This document shows, piece by piece, positions 1-9,742 of a stretch of 64,000 bases of DNA. The DNA is from an uncultured virus (IMG/VR IMGVR_UViG_3300042521_003679) (lineage: Duplodnaviria; Heunggongvirae; Uroviricota; Caudoviricetes). The stretch lies in the IMG/VR virus record IMGVR_UViG_3300042521_003679. One strand, written 5' to 3'. Under the pieces are notes generated by a model. That model ran no database searches, was not told the DNA's origin, and was given only the letters and a program-made list of their open reading frames with translations. Both the position numbers and the translations under genes were made by a program. Numbering within the stretch: position 1 is the stretch's first letter; each line of letters begins with the position of its first letter.

Positions 1-2
1 AA

Positions 3-104
3 GTGCGACTTACTGCAACGCCAAGCACAGACAGCGGAACAGCAACTGTTTATCTATGGGGATCCAGCCCGTTCTTCACAAGTGATGGAATCACCGCGCT
101 CTAA
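3..104 (+). CDS. C-terminal fragment of a gene entering from the left edge (possibly tail fibre)
   Basis: Open frame VRLTATPSTDSG...GITAL* ending TAA at 102-104; upstream of tail-accessory genes. Confidence 0.45.
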   Translation: MRLTATPSTDSGTATVYLWGSSPFFTSDGITAL

Positions 105-339
105 ACTGTAACGCTTGAGCCCTCTTAGCCCTACTCACATCGAGGTGTGGCTCAACTATCTGGAATTACCGGATAGTTGGGCTTGGCATTAAAAAGGGGC
201 AGGATATCAACCCCGCCCCTGTGCAACGGAATATCACAACCGTTGCGGTGCCTTGTCAGCCGCAGCACTGTAGCACATGGTATGGTGGTGGGGCAGCGAG
301 TTTGCGGCTCCTGCCCCTGGCCACAGTTCTCTAGAAACC

Positions 340-741
340 ATGACCCAACAAGATTACAGGCATCCCATCACCCCGCCGCCGGAGCTGAGCGACGAGCAAG
401 TGGGCGAATGGCTGATCGACGACGGCTACCCGTGGGACCCCTCGGAGCAAGCTGTCATCACCATCACCACCAACCGGCTCAAGAACGTTGCCCGCCAAGC
501 GTTCCAAGCGGGCGCCGACCAAGAGCTGGAAGCGTGCTGTGAATATGTGTACGAGCGATTGAAGGTGACCACAGTTGCTCGTATTGCACAAGAACTTCGC
601 GCCGCCCGCCGCCCGAAGCCACCGAGCTTGAAGGAGCAGGCGCTAGTGCTCGTTGAGCAACACGAAGACGGCTGGCGGCCGTCACCCAAAGACTGGGACA
701 CCATCCGCCGCGCACTGGAGCAACTTCCCGACGCCCATTAG
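340..741 (+). CDS. Small hypothetical protein, 'GADQELEACC / LRAARRPK' family
   Basis: ATG at 340; shares motif blocks with 12099-12446. Confidence 0.8.
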   Translation: MTQQDYRHPITPPPELSDEQVGEWLIDDGYPWDPSEQAVITITTNRLKNVARQAFQAGADQELEACCEYVYERLKVTTVARIAQELRAARRPKPPSLKEQALVLVEQHEDGWRPSPKDWDTIRRALEQLPDAH

Positions 742-755
742 TCATTCCCACTACT

Positions 756-977
756 ATGTCTGAACTTTCACCCCAAGCGCAAGCTGTCTGGGACGCCTAC
801 GGCACTTTGGCCGATCTTTATAACTGCGAAGTCACAGAGGCTGAAATGCTTGCCGCCGCCCTTCGTACTGTGGCAGAACAATTCTATTTTGATTGGAACG
901 GTATGTGCTGCGCTGAACACCTCAAAGAAATTGCCAGAGAACTCGACGCCAGTGAGCCTGTAACCGAAGCCCAGTAG
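756..977 (+). CDS. Small hypothetical protein, 'LSPxAQAV / AAALR' family
   Basis: Paralog of 16942-17184 and 17419-17640. Confidence 0.8.
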   Translation: MSELSPQAQAVWDAYGTLADLYNCEVTEAEMLAAALRTVAEQFYFDWNGMCCAEHLKEIARELDASEPVTEAQ

Positions 978-1113
978 TCACCTTCTCTAGTGTTTTTGAG
1001 CAACGCAGGTCTGGCAGACGCATTTTTTGCTAACCAGACTTGTTTTTTGCGCAAGGCCACTAGTCTTTGACTCTTTTATCCCCTAAGCTGACTAAGACTG
1101 TTTTTTTCACGTC

Positions 1114-1425
1114 ATGACTGATTTTTCTTGGAACATTGCCACGATGGAGCGCACGCTCTCTGATGGCATTGTGTACACTCTTCACTACACCATTGAAGCC
1201 TTTGATGGCACCTACCGTTCATCGGCCTATGGGAGTATTGGTCTTGAGGCCCCCGAGGAGGATTCGGTTGTTCCCTATGCCGATTTGACAAAAGAAACTG
1301 TCGTGGGCTGGCTGCTCGACAAGCTTGGCGACGAAAAGGTGGCAGAAGTTGAGGCCGCCCTTCAGGCGCAAATTGACGAGCAAAAAACGCCCACAAAGGG
1401 CACTGGCACGCCTTGGGCTAGCTAA
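1114..1425 (+). CDS. Tail-fibre-associated small protein
   Basis: PYADLTKETVVGW...GTPW pattern typical of phage proteins downstream of tail fibres. Confidence 0.7.
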   Translation: MTDFSWNIATMERTLSDGIVYTLHYTIEAFDGTYRSSAYGSIGLEAPEEDSVVPYADLTKETVVGWLLDKLGDEKVAEVEAALQAQIDEQKTPTKGTGTPWAS

Positions 1426-1449
1426 GCTTTTCCTTTCGCACTGTCCCTC

Positions 1450-1584
1450 GTGGCTGTTAAAAGCAAAGTCGGAGCATCCAGCAGTAAGCGCATCATCGTT
1501 TCTCGCCCCAAAACCACGCGACAAGGGCAGGGAAAAAATAGCAAGCCAAGCCACGGACGAAAACTGTCTCGCGGGCAGGGTTGA
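1450..1584 (+). CDS. Small basic protein (44 aa), not in ORF track
   Basis: GTG start, MAVKSKVG...KTTRQGQGKNSKPSHGRKLSRGQG*, followed by a terminator. Confidence 0.65.
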   Translation: MAVKSKVGASSSKRIIVSRPKTTRQGQGKNSKPSHGRKLSRGQG

Positions 1585-1587
1585 TCA

Positions 1588-1612
1588 AGGGGGGGTTTCG
1601 GCCCCCTTTTTA
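1588..1612 (+). terminator. Intrinsic terminator
   Basis: GGGGG-TTTCGG-CCCCC followed by T-run. Confidence 0.75.
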
Positions 1613-1658
1613 ATACATTGCAGCAAGGCTATAATGAAACAAACTGTGACGATGGGCG

Positions 1659-2000
1659 ATGATCTATCCCGCCACTTATGACATAGTGGTGCTGCAAAAC
1701 GCCACTTATCGCATGCAGCTAACTGTCACGCAAAGTGGTGGCACCCCGATTAATCTTTCTGGATATACCATTGATAGTGATATTTGCGGAAACATTGATG
1801 GTTCAATTATTGCCAGCTTCACTCCTACTATTCTGAATGCAGCTAGTGGCGTGTTTGAGCTTGAATTGGCACCCGCGACAACAAGTGGCATTGAGACTGG
1901 TTTGTACAAATATGATGTGAGCGCAACTGCTGGCAGTGGCGATCGTTACTATTGGCTCAAGGGAGCCTGCACCGTTTCCGGCACTTGTTCTAGGAACTGA
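1659..2000 (+). CDS. Virion/tail accessory protein (BppU-N-like)
   Basis: YDIVVLQNAT...PINLSGYT...YKYDV...YWLKG pattern. Confidence 0.65.
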   Translation: MIYPATYDIVVLQNATYRMQLTVTQSGGTPINLSGYTIDSDICGNIDGSIIASFTPTILNAASGVFELELAPATTSGIETGLYKYDVSATAGSGDRYYWLKGACTVSGTCSRN

Positions 2001-2002
2001 TC

Positions 2003-2905
2003 ATGAGCGACATCAACATTACTATTGTTAGCGGCGAAACCACGGAGCTGGAGCTTTCTATTCCTGGCGTGCAGGGACCAATTGGTGGCGATACGATGCC
2101 ATCTGGAGGCACTGCTGGCCAAATCCTTGTTAAGCAAAGCGTTGTTGATTATGACGCCGCTTGGACTTCCCAGGCTTCCGGCTTAATTCTTAATGCCACC
2201 ACTCTTTCTGGCGTTACTGTTCAGGGAACAATCTCTGGCGGCACTTACACATCGTCAACTATTAACAGTGCAGCAATTAACACGCCGGCAATTGTTAGCG
2301 GCACAATTGATTACACGGCCATTTCTGATGCAGTAATTGACCAATGCACGATTGACAATTCGACCTTTGAAGATGGCACAATCTTTAATATTACGCTTTC
2401 TGGCACTATTAGCAACGTTGCCACGGTAACAAGCGGCACTTACGACCTCGCTGTTGTTACATCGCCCACGTTGACTGCCGGTACTATTTCAGGCACCACG
2501 ATCAATGCGTCGACCATTCAAGGCGGCATTGTTTCTGGAGCCACCCTTCATGCCAGCGGAGCGACTATTGAAGGCTCCACGATCACGGGAGGCACTGTTT
2601 CAGGCATTACGCTTTATGCCAGCGGGGCCACGTTAGATGCCGCGACCATCAATGAAGGCACTAGTTCTGGTACCACTTTTTCCGCTTCCATTGTTCTTTC
2701 TCCCACTGTCTCCGGCACTGTTTCCGCTGGCTCTGGCCTAGTAATCGGCGGTGCCTTGGATGTTTTGGGGTTCTACGGGGCCAGCGCAGTGGTGCAGCCT
2801 TCTGGCATTGTCATTCCAAGTGGTGGGTCCACTGTTGACGAAGTGCTTGTGGCGCTGAGCGGCGTGATCGTTGCGCTTACTGACTTGGGGCTCATTGGGC
2901 CTTGA
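2003..2905 (+). CDS. Tail fibre/spike-like protein with 5-residue repeats
   Basis: PSGGTAGQILVK...DYDAAW N-terminal motif; (I/L)xGxT repeats. Confidence 0.65.
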   Translation: MSDINITIVSGETTELELSIPGVQGPIGGDTMPSGGTAGQILVKQSVVDYDAAWTSQASGLILNATTLSGVTVQGTISGGTYTSSTINSAAINTPAIVSGTIDYTAISDAVIDQCTIDNSTFEDGTIFNITLSGTISNVATVTSGTYDLAVVTSPTLTAGTISGTTINASTIQGGIVSGATLHASGATIEGSTITGGTVSGITLYASGATLDAATINEGTSSGTTFSASIVLSPTVSGTVSAGSGLVIGGALDVLGFYGASAVVQPSGIVIPSGGSTVDEVLVALSGVIVALTDLGLIGP

Positions 2906-2953
2906 CGAAAGGGTTACTGGCCACTAGGCTTTGCTTGGTGCCTCTACTTTTCC

Positions 2954-3202
2954 ATGGCCTTCGTCAACTCAATTTCCTTTTCCCATCGTTTTTCTGACGA
3001 TGGCGTGATGCACGACACTTGCTCGTACCAAGAAATCAATCACACTTACAGCGCCGACACCGCCACTGCACTGGCTAGAGCATACTTTCAATTCATGGTG
3101 GCATGCGGCTATGCCCCGCAAAGTGTTATTGAAGGCATGTTGTGCATTGGCACTGAATACGAACAGGCTTATTGTTACGATGGAGAGAAAGCTAAGGATT
3201 AG
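2954..3202 (+). CDS. Hypothetical protein
   Basis: ATG ORF in co-directional run. Confidence 0.65.
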   Translation: MAFVNSISFSHRFSDDGVMHDTCSYQEINHTYSADTATALARAYFQFMVACGYAPQSVIEGMLCIGTEYEQAYCYDGEKAKD

Positions 3203-3204
3203 TC

Positions 3205-4437
3205 ATGGGGCAAATTGTGCGCGGTGGTGAGCAGTTTGAAACTCACATTGAGGCTGATCATCGCGGGCAAATACTCGCCAAGGGCCCCGACAGTGGCGCT
3301 CTTGATGCTTTTGGTAGACAACGCTTTAGCGAGCCGTTCACTTTGTTTGATTCGGCATTGCAATACAGTAAGCGCACCGACCTGTGGGACGAACAAGCTG
3401 TAGGTAGCGGAAGCACTCTTTATCTGCCAAATGAAAGCTCCTTGGAGTTAAATACCACCACTGCGTCTGGAGATACAGTGTTGCGGCGCTCCAAGCGGAG
3501 CCTGCCTTATCAGCCGGGCAAAAGCTTGATGGTGCTGGCTAGTTTTGTTGGCAATGCTCCCACGGATGGCCTGGTGCAGGAGATTGGCTTTTTTAACGAC
3601 AACAATGGTGTAATGTTGAGAGCAAGTGGCACGACCATTTCGTTCGTTGTTCGCAGTAAAGCAACAGGAACAGTGGTAGAGAACATTGTCCCTCAGTCGT
3701 CGTGGAATATTGACACTTTTTCTGCCTTAAATTTTTCAAAAGCTAATATCTTCACTGCCGACTTGGAATGGCTGGGGGTGGGGCGCGTAAGGTGTGGATT
3801 CATTGTTGACGGAGAAATTAAATATTGTCACGAATTTAACCATGCCAACACGATTGATAGTGTTTATATGACATCGGCAACATTGCCAGTGTCTTATCGA
3901 ATTCACAATTCTTCTTCCATCGTCGCCAATGCATCGCTAAGGCAGATTTGCACTGCTGTTGTCAGCGAGGGTGGTTATCAGCCAACGGGGCCCATCTATA
4001 TAGCTGGTCGAGGAGTGGGAACATTTACTGCTATCACTGCGGAAACGCTTGTAGCAGCTATTCGCATTGCTAGCGGTCGCACCGATAACGTGATAATTCC
4101 CGCTCAAATTGATGCCAGTATAGGCGGAAATCCAGCTTCTAATGTTGTCGCGCAATGGCGACTACGGCTTAATCCAACCATCAGTGGCGCATGGACTGCT
4201 GCTAGTAATGGCAGGGGAAATGTGGAAGTTATGAGCAGCGGCACTTTTTCTGGTGGCACTGTTATTGGAGGAGGTTTGGTCGCATCGCGCAGTAGTATTG
4301 AATTTGACCCCGAAAGCGGACTCGCCTTAGCCCTTGGCAGCACCATTGACGGTACTAGCGACGTTATAGCTTTGACTATTCAATGCAGCGCCAGCGAGCA
4401 GGCTACAGGGCTGCTGGGGTGGAGAGAAGTTGTCTGA
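3205..4437 (+). CDS. Putative virion structural protein
   Basis: 410 aa; DAFGRQRFSEPFTLFD, YQPGKS, EWLGVGRVRCGF motifs. Confidence 0.65.
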   Translation: MGQIVRGGEQFETHIEADHRGQILAKGPDSGALDAFGRQRFSEPFTLFDSALQYSKRTDLWDEQAVGSGSTLYLPNESSLELNTTTASGDTVLRRSKRSLPYQPGKSLMVLASFVGNAPTDGLVQEIGFFNDNNGVMLRASGTTISFVVRSKATGTVVENIVPQSSWNIDTFSALNFSKANIFTADLEWLGVGRVRCGFIVDGEIKYCHEFNHANTIDSVYMTSATLPVSYRIHNSSSIVANASLRQICTAVVSEGGYQPTGPIYIAGRGVGTFTAITAETLVAAIRIASGRTDNVIIPAQIDASIGGNPASNVVAQWRLRLNPTISGAWTAASNGRGNVEVMSSGTFSGGTVIGGGLVASRSSIEFDPESGLALALGSTIDGTSDVIALTIQCSASEQATGLLGWREVV

Positions 4438-4465
4438 AATATTTTACAGGCGCCAAGGATCCGCC

Positions 4466-4573
4466 ATGATCACTCCAGGCAAGCACGATATTGCCATTTA
4501 TCAAGGAGCCACCTTTGAACTGCAAGTGTAGCATAAGGATTCTTCTGGCACACCTGCAAACATAAGTGGCTAA
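4466..4573 (+). pseudogene. Degraded, truncated paralog of 1659-2000
   Basis: MITPGKHDIAIYQGATFELQV*HKDSSGTPANISG* aligns to MIYPATYDIVVLQNATYRMQLTVTQSGGTPINLSGY. Confidence 0.7.
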
Positions 4574-4634
4574 ACGATGTAACTATTGATTGCGGAGAGT
4601 TTTAGGAGTAAACTTGAGCGGCAAACAGAAACTG

Positions 4635-4991
4635 ATGGAGGATCCTTTGGTGGATTGGTTGAACACTCCTGAAATCAAAGCCTTTCGTGGAGCTTGGCAA
4701 GCAGAAGAGACAAGAATGCAAGCAGAGGATCAAGCTTGGTGGGACAGCCTCAACATAGAGGAAAGAGCAAGATGCTTCAGGCAAATGATGAAGCTCATGC
4801 ACAAGGCGGAAATCAAAGACAGGGGCTCCTATCGCTATGCCATGTACGATGTTTTTGGCGTGGACTATTGCGACGGACTAGCTCACTACATGGAGCTACA
4901 CAATGCTATTTATCGTGGCCTGGAAGCGGACAGAAGGGCCTATAGGACGGATGATGAGGATGTACTAGGCGAAGATACAATTGGCCCGTGA
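4635..4991 (+). CDS. Hypothetical protein
   Basis: ATG at 4635; GSYRYAMYDVFG motif. Confidence 0.7.
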   Translation: MEDPLVDWLNTPEIKAFRGAWQAEETRMQAEDQAWWDSLNIEERARCFRQMMKLMHKAEIKDRGSYRYAMYDVFGVDYCDGLAHYMELHNAIYRGLEADRRAYRTDDEDVLGEDTIGP

Positions 4992-5045
4992 GAGCCGCTC
5001 CTGCGGACAGCAGCATTAAGCCTACGATTACTTCCATCGTCTGTC

Positions 5046-5453
5046 CTATTCTCCTTCCATTTTACTGGGAAGCTGCCAAGTGATACGGAGTTCCCCTCCC
5101 AGAGCCTTAATGTCGTCGCTAGCGTCTGGAGGTGCTTCACGCACGATCATCACAGAAGGGACAATGGCATCGCGCAAGGGCGTAACAGTGGCTTCAGGAA
5201 ATAGCTCTCGAGCCTTGTCGGCAAGCTGATTCGCCTTGGTTTCCCTTTCGTCTTTTTCCCATTGCTTCACCAAAGCAGCAGCTTGCTTGTCCACTGCTTC
5301 CATTACCACTTTCGTTTTCCACTCTGTCCAGTCGGGCCTGCAATAGGCCATGAGCATCTTGAACCAAGGCTTTCCCGCTAGCGAAGGCCACTGTCCTGCG
5401 GCCCAAAGGCCAGCTTCATAGCACAGTGCATTCAGCCAGGACTGCCGGTTCAT
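5046..5453 (-). CDS. Hypothetical protein (lysis region)
   Basis: 135-aa ORF downstream of endolysin. Confidence 0.7.
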   Translation of the reverse strand: MNRQSWLNALCYEAGLWAAGQWPSLAGKPWFKMLMAYCRPDWTEWKTKVVMEAVDKQAAALVKQWEKDERETKANQLADKARELFPEATVTPLRDAIVPSVMIVREAPPDASDDIKALGGELRITWQLPSKMEGE

Positions 5454-5499
5454 CCTTCTCTTTTTTCCATAAAATAAAAGAGCAATGGAAGCACGTTGC

Positions 5500-6441
5500 T
5501 TAACCTTCCTGGAAAACTGACAGAAATACTGTGCCCGCCTTGGTTAGCGGCAATACTTTATCGCGAAGATCAATGTTAAAGATTCTGCAACAACCATGAG
5601 TTGGCACTAGCGGCTGCTTGGGTGCCCACGCGCCCGGCCAGCCATTTGCGGACCCACCCCCGTGGAGGCAAATTCCAGAGCGTCCGTGCTTGGCCTCTTG
5701 ATTTTCTAACTCAACCATGTCAAAGGTGTACCAGCCATACGCCATTAGAGTGCGGTCGTAAGCAGGGTTGCTCCCGACTCGTTCATAGTCTCTGTAAATA
5801 GCTCCCAATTTGTATAGGCCGGGAGGACAGTCAGAATTTTTAATCTTCCATTCAAAGTCGCTGTATTGTCCACGAGCCAAGCAGGGAATCTCCCATAGTA
5901 GTTTTCCTTCAAAAGAAAAAGCCTTCATTGTCTCCACTAGATCATTGACAATCAAATGGGAGTCGCCTCTCTTGAAGCCAAAATCTTGCGGGCGTTTCTT
6001 TGGACCGATCATGGTAGAAGTGGTGGATTCGGGAGCGTATTGTTTCATGAGCCGCGAAAGTTTCGCGGGATATTCTGGGTCAGTGGCGTATTTCTGCTCC
6101 TTAAGCATGCGAGCAGCGGCGTAACGATTAGGAGCATTGTTAATGCCCTTAAACTGCCTATAGTCTTTATACCAGCGAGTGATGAGATATTCGATGCAGG
6201 CAGATAAGCTTGGAAAATCAATGAAGCCCGCCTTGATTGTTACCCACTTCCCATCGTAAAATTCTTGTGTAGATACCACACTGCCCCCACCTTTTAGGCC
6301 GAGGTAGTTGTGCTTGCCAGAAGTGTGTTGGCCAAAGCCGCTCTCTAAACAGCACTGAGCCGCCACAAGCTCCGGAAATCGCGCCCCGTGCTTGCGGGCA
6401 AGCTGAAAACACTCATCCCAGAACTCTTTGCTTGTGGCCAC
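5500..6441 (-). CDS. Endolysin: glucosaminidase (GH73-like) plus L,D-transpeptidase-like domain
   Basis: AQCCLESGFG, NYLGLKG, YATDPEY; C-terminal ICLHGGG...THGC. Confidence 0.85.
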   Translation of the reverse strand: MATSKEFWDECFQLARKHGARFPELVAAQCCLESGFGQHTSGKHNYLGLKGGGSVVSTQEFYDGKWVTIKAGFIDFPSLSACIEYLITRWYKDYRQFKGINNAPNRYAAARMLKEQKYATDPEYPAKLSRLMKQYAPESTTSTMIGPKKRPQDFGFKRGDSHLIVNDLVETMKAFSFEGKLLWEIPCLARGQYSDFEWKIKNSDCPPGLYKLGAIYRDYERVGSNPAYDRTLMAYGWYTFDMVELENQEAKHGRSGICLHGGGSANGWPGAWAPKQPLVPTHGCCRIFNIDLRDKVLPLTKAGTVFLSVFQEG

Positions 6442-6446
6442 TGGCT

Positions 6447-6590
6447 TCAGCCCTTCACGCGGAAGATAGCCTTAAGACCAGTGAGGAGCAATTGAATGAG
6501 GTTGTTCTCTTTCCAAGGAGTGTGTTGAATCACCTGATCGAGAGCAGCAATGACAATGCCGCCAACAACGAACCACTCGACGCCAGTCAT
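6447..6590 (-). CDS. Holin-like small membrane protein (47 aa), not in ORF track
   Basis: MTGVEWFVVGGIVIAALDQVI...IFRVKG* directly upstream of endolysin. Confidence 0.6.
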   Translation of the reverse strand: MTGVEWFVVGGIVIAALDQVIQHTPWKENNLIQLLLTGLKAIFRVKG

Positions 6591-6615
6591 GATCGTAAAG
6601 AAAGTTTCTTAAAGC

Positions 6616-6825
6616 CTAGCGTCCAATCTCAAGCGAACGCACCCTTGTTTCCAAGCCCTTAATATTTTCTGTGAGTTGATCAAGCTTCTCTGCAATGTTC
6701 TCCACTTGCGTGGTGATCTTCACTTGCTGCTGGCCAATGCTCATCATCATGCCACCAGTGGCGAGCAGCATGCCAGCAGTAATGCTCACGGCCAAATGCG
6801 CTAGTTGTTCCTGCCAGGCATTCAT
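6616..6825 (-). CDS. Small TM plus coiled-coil protein (lysis module)
   Basis: Hydrophobic N-terminus; coiled coil ending RVRSLE. Confidence 0.65.
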   Translation of the reverse strand: MNAWQEQLAHLAVSITAGMLLATGGMMMSIGQQQVKITTQVENIAEKLDQLTENIKGLETRVRSLEIGR

Positions 6826-6910
6826 TGCACGCAAGCTTTTTGTCCATTCTAAACAATTCCCACGCCGTTGTTTTTCTGGGTAGGCTTAAGGCAAGACAAC
6901 TTATTTCGCC

Positions 6911-7396
6911 ATGGGGAAAGGAAATGAGGCCGACTTTCTTCTTTATTCCCTTTGTGAATTACGCCCTGGAGAAGCTAAGCGTCGTTTCCGAAAAAGTATT
7001 TTTGAAGACTACTTCCTGCGAGGCCCATTTGGTCACTGTGCCTGTGCCTATTGCGGCAAGTGGACGGAAAATCTGACCATCGACCACATTGTTCCCAAGA
7101 GCAAAGGCGGTCCGCATTTTTCAAAATGGAACAGCGCTCCTGCTTGCCTGTCCTGCAATGCGAGCAAGGGGAGCCTGCCAGTGTTTGAATGGTGGCGACC
7201 ACAGAAGTTTTGGACGCCAGAGCGGGAAGAGAAGCTTCTTGCCTGGGTGCATGCTCATAGCTTCATCAGTGCTCATACAGACATTGGAGAATGGGAGCAA
7301 TGGATGGAGCAAACGCAGCGAATCGTGCCAGTGCATGATGAAAAGCAAAAGGCGGCTTTGTGGCCGCCTTTGTCGCAATTAAAGCTTGCTAGTTAA
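6911..7396 (+). CDS. HNH endonuclease
   Basis: CAYCG...TIDHIVPKSKGG...N...ACLSCNASKG. Confidence 0.9.
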   Translation: MGKGNEADFLLYSLCELRPGEAKRRFRKSIFEDYFLRGPFGHCACAYCGKWTENLTIDHIVPKSKGGPHFSKWNSAPACLSCNASKGSLPVFEWWRPQKFWTPEREEKLLAWVHAHSFISAHTDIGEWEQWMEQTQRIVPVHDEKQKAALWPPLSQLKLAS

Positions 7397-7748
7397 TTGG
7401 CTCGAACAGTTCTGAAGGACCTTGTCTGACGGAGGGCATGGGACAAAAGCCATCTGTGCATTCTTCTTCTAAGCCCAAACTTTCTCGCATGATGGCTAGC
7501 ACTTTCGTCGCCGTGTCATTGGCCTTCACTTCTTCTGTCTCGACCATGGCAATTAAGCGATCGAGATACCACTGAGCCTTTTTGAGGTCTTGAGCGCCAT
7601 TTTTCATTTCATAGCGCCAAATGTATTTCAGAATGTTGCCCTTGAGCATGCCCTTAAAGGCTTCTCCGCTCATGGAAGCTTCGATGGCTTCGATGGCTTC
7701 GATGGCGCCGCTGGCATAGTGCGACGGGCTGTTCACGGGATCGTGCAT
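7389..7748 (-). CDS. DUF3310/SaV-like protein
   Basis: DPVNSPSHY...IEAI...GNILKYIWRY...KNG.QDLKKAQWYL. Confidence 0.9.
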   Translation of the reverse strand: MHDPVNSPSHYASGAIEAIEAIEASMSGEAFKGMLKGNILKYIWRYEMKNGAQDLKKAQWYLDRLIAMVETEEVKANDTATKVLAIMRESLGLEEECTDGFCPMPSVRQGPSELFEPIN

Positions 7749-7750
7749 GA

Positions 7751-8464
7751 TCAGAATTGGTAGTTGTTGGTTTCAAAAGCCGCAAAGGCTTCAGGAGCGA
7801 TGGGGCGAGCAAGCTCTAACAAAGCCTCGGCATAGGCCACGATTTCATACTGAGCGCCCTTGCCAATGCGAAGGCTGATGAAATGCAGCAAAGCCTGCAG
7901 CGAGCATGTCCAGACAAAACTGGTGTACATGGCAGGAGGCAGAATAGCTCGAGCCTGCTCCTTGCTCACTCCCATTGCAATCAGCTCCTCATAGGCCGCC
8001 TTGGCCGTCGCTACGCCCTGCACATAGAAGAGCCTGGCCCTTGACTGTGCGCTGGTGCTAACGGGGCCTGCAGACGCTTGACGGTTGCTCTCCGATTGTC
8101 CTAGGAACTGGTCAGGCATGTAAAACTGAGCATCTTCCGCTGAGCAATAGCGAAAGCTCTTTTCGTTCCAGCCAAGTTGATCGTCAACGTAAGTAGAAGC
8201 GACAGTGTGCTTCCACCATTGACGAGCAACAAATAAAGGCGCTTTCACCTGCCACTTGAACACCACGCCACGAAATGGGCTTGTATGGTGCTCACGAGCG
8301 AGATAGTTGAGAAGCTTTTCGTCCTTCTCATCCCATTGCTCTTTTCTGTTGTCAAAGCTTTGACGGGCATCATTTACCACGGACAAACTATTGCCCATGG
8401 AGTCGATGAGAGCCACGAGGCTCTTGCCGTCTTTAAGGGGATCAATGGAAGGGAAATTAGTCAT
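7751..8464 (-). CDS. thyX: FAD-dependent thymidylate synthase
   Basis: HTSPF, PLFVARQWWKH...NEKSFRY, EQARAILP, LR...AQYEI. Confidence 0.92.
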   Translation of the reverse strand: MTNFPSIDPLKDGKSLVALIDSMGNSLSVVNDARQSFDNRKEQWDEKDEKLLNYLAREHHTSPFRGVVFKWQVKAPLFVARQWWKHTVASTYVDDQLGWNEKSFRYCSAEDAQFYMPDQFLGQSESNRQASAGPVSTSAQSRARLFYVQGVATAKAAYEELIAMGVSKEQARAILPPAMYTSFVWTCSLQALLHFISLRIGKGAQYEIVAYAEALLELARPIAPEAFAAFETNNYQF

Positions 8465-8666
8465 TGGAGGTGCGATCAGTACCAGTCATCAGGCGGAAGG
8501 TAAAAGCAAGGAGCCACCACTGCCAAAAGCCGAGCGCAAAGGTCGGGAAAAGAATGGCGGCGCAAAGGCTGAGCATCCATGCACGCAGGCAAGTGATCAA
8601 AAATGCGCTGATGCTTAAACCAACAAGGCGTCCAAGCTTTGTGGCCGTTTCGTCAGAGACAGTCAT
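8457..8666 (-). CDS. Small membrane protein
   Basis: Hydrophobic 69-aa ORF coupled to neighbours. Confidence 0.65.
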   Translation of the reverse strand: MTVSDETATKLGRLVGLSISAFLITCLRAWMLSLCAAILFPTFALGFWQWWLLAFTFRLMTGTDRTSND

Positions 8667-8968
8667 TGAGGAACGAAGGCGATGGGGCGGATGCGTTGAA
8701 TTGCCACTGTACTAGAGACGAGAGTATCCTTTCGCTCCCAGGCGACCACTGCCGCTTTTCTTCCATTGCTTTTAACAAAACCTTGGAAGATGCCGAAGAG
8801 ACTTGTCGGCACCATACCAGCCCCTGTGAGGGTGACCAGTACCACTCGCTCTCCAATGGTCCATGCATAGTTCTTGGGCAACTGCGGCAGTCTATGCTTT
8901 CTGCTCAGTGGGCGCAAGACTTTCTGGCAGTCCGAACCTTCTTTTTCGGCATTCCTACCATCATCCAC
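8663..8968 (-). CDS. Hypothetical protein
   Basis: ATGA overlap with next gene; GTG start inferred. Confidence 0.55.
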   Translation of the reverse strand: MDDGRNAEKEGSDCQKVLRPLSRKHRLPQLPKNYAWTIGERVVLVTLTGAGMVPTSLFGIFQGFVKSNGRKAAVVAWERKDTLVSSTVAIQRIRPIAFVPQ

Positions 8969-9035
8969 TGCCTTGACAAAACTCTTGCGACCATCATGCT
9001 GCTTTAGCCTAAAGACAACAAAGGAGGGCGAATGC

Positions 9036-9395
9036 ATGAGCTTTTGTATTCCAGTGGAGATGGTCTACAATGGTCAGATCAAGCGGGGCATTATGGGACC
9101 GTTCGAGCATTCAGCAGAGCGTCAGTTTGCTTTGACAGTAAACAAACGAGCCATTGACGAATGCTCAAGCTTGGATCAGTTGAAGCCAGTAGCAAAGAAT
9201 TTGCTTGAAGGCTGGTCCACTATGAACACGGCCCTGCAAAGCATGATGCTGGAAAACATTCAGCTTCGTCAGGCGCTAGCCAAGAAAGAGCTTGATTTAC
9301 GGGCAGCAGATGAACTCATGAATGAGGCCGCTGAGATTGTGCAACAATATGCGAAGCAATCAAAGAAAGCCAGGCCGAGTCTTTGGCCATGGTAG
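9036..9395 (+). CDS. Hypothetical coiled-coil protein
   Basis: AAGGAGG upstream of ATG 9036. Confidence 0.65.
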   Translation: MSFCIPVEMVYNGQIKRGIMGPFEHSAERQFALTVNKRAIDECSSLDQLKPVAKNLLEGWSTMNTALQSMMLENIQLRQALAKKELDLRAADELMNEAAEIVQQYAKQSKKARPSLWPW

Positions 9396-9699
9396 AAGTT
9401 AGGAGGAAGATTGTCCAGCCGCTTGTATACGCGAGATTATATTTTTTGCAATCGCGCTCATAACCAGAGCCAGTGACGTGGCGGCCACGACTGTAAACGC
9501 CACCTTGGATTTCGACGCCAGTGCGAGAGAGGGGGTGAGCAAAGTCAAGGCGATACCGTTTCGATCGTTTGCTGCGGGAATAGCGCTCTTGAAAATCTTT
9601 TTCCCACGCATCAATATCAGAAAATTCTCTTTCAAGAATTAACTTTGGGAAATGCGCTTGCCAAAGGCTGAGAAACTGATCTTCAAGAGCGCTCACCAA
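9316..9699 (-). CDS. PD-(D/E)XK endonuclease (DUF559/Vsr-like)
   Basis: YRLDFAHP...GVEIQGG...GRH...GYERDCKKYN. Confidence 0.8.
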   Translation of the reverse strand: MVSALEDQFLSLWQAHFPKLILEREFSDIDAWEKDFQERYSRSKRSKRYRLDFAHPLSRTGVEIQGGVYSRGRHVTGSGYERDCKKYNLAYTSGWTIFLLTSTMAKDSAWLSLIASHIVAQSQRPHS

Positions 9700-9742
9700 T
9701 TAGACGGCAACTAAATGCACTGTAGTTGCTTTGATGAAGAAA

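Noticed and set aside
4466..4573. TAG reassignment (alternative genetic code)
   Set aside because: Many intact genes end in TAG, and this frame also hits TAA soon after
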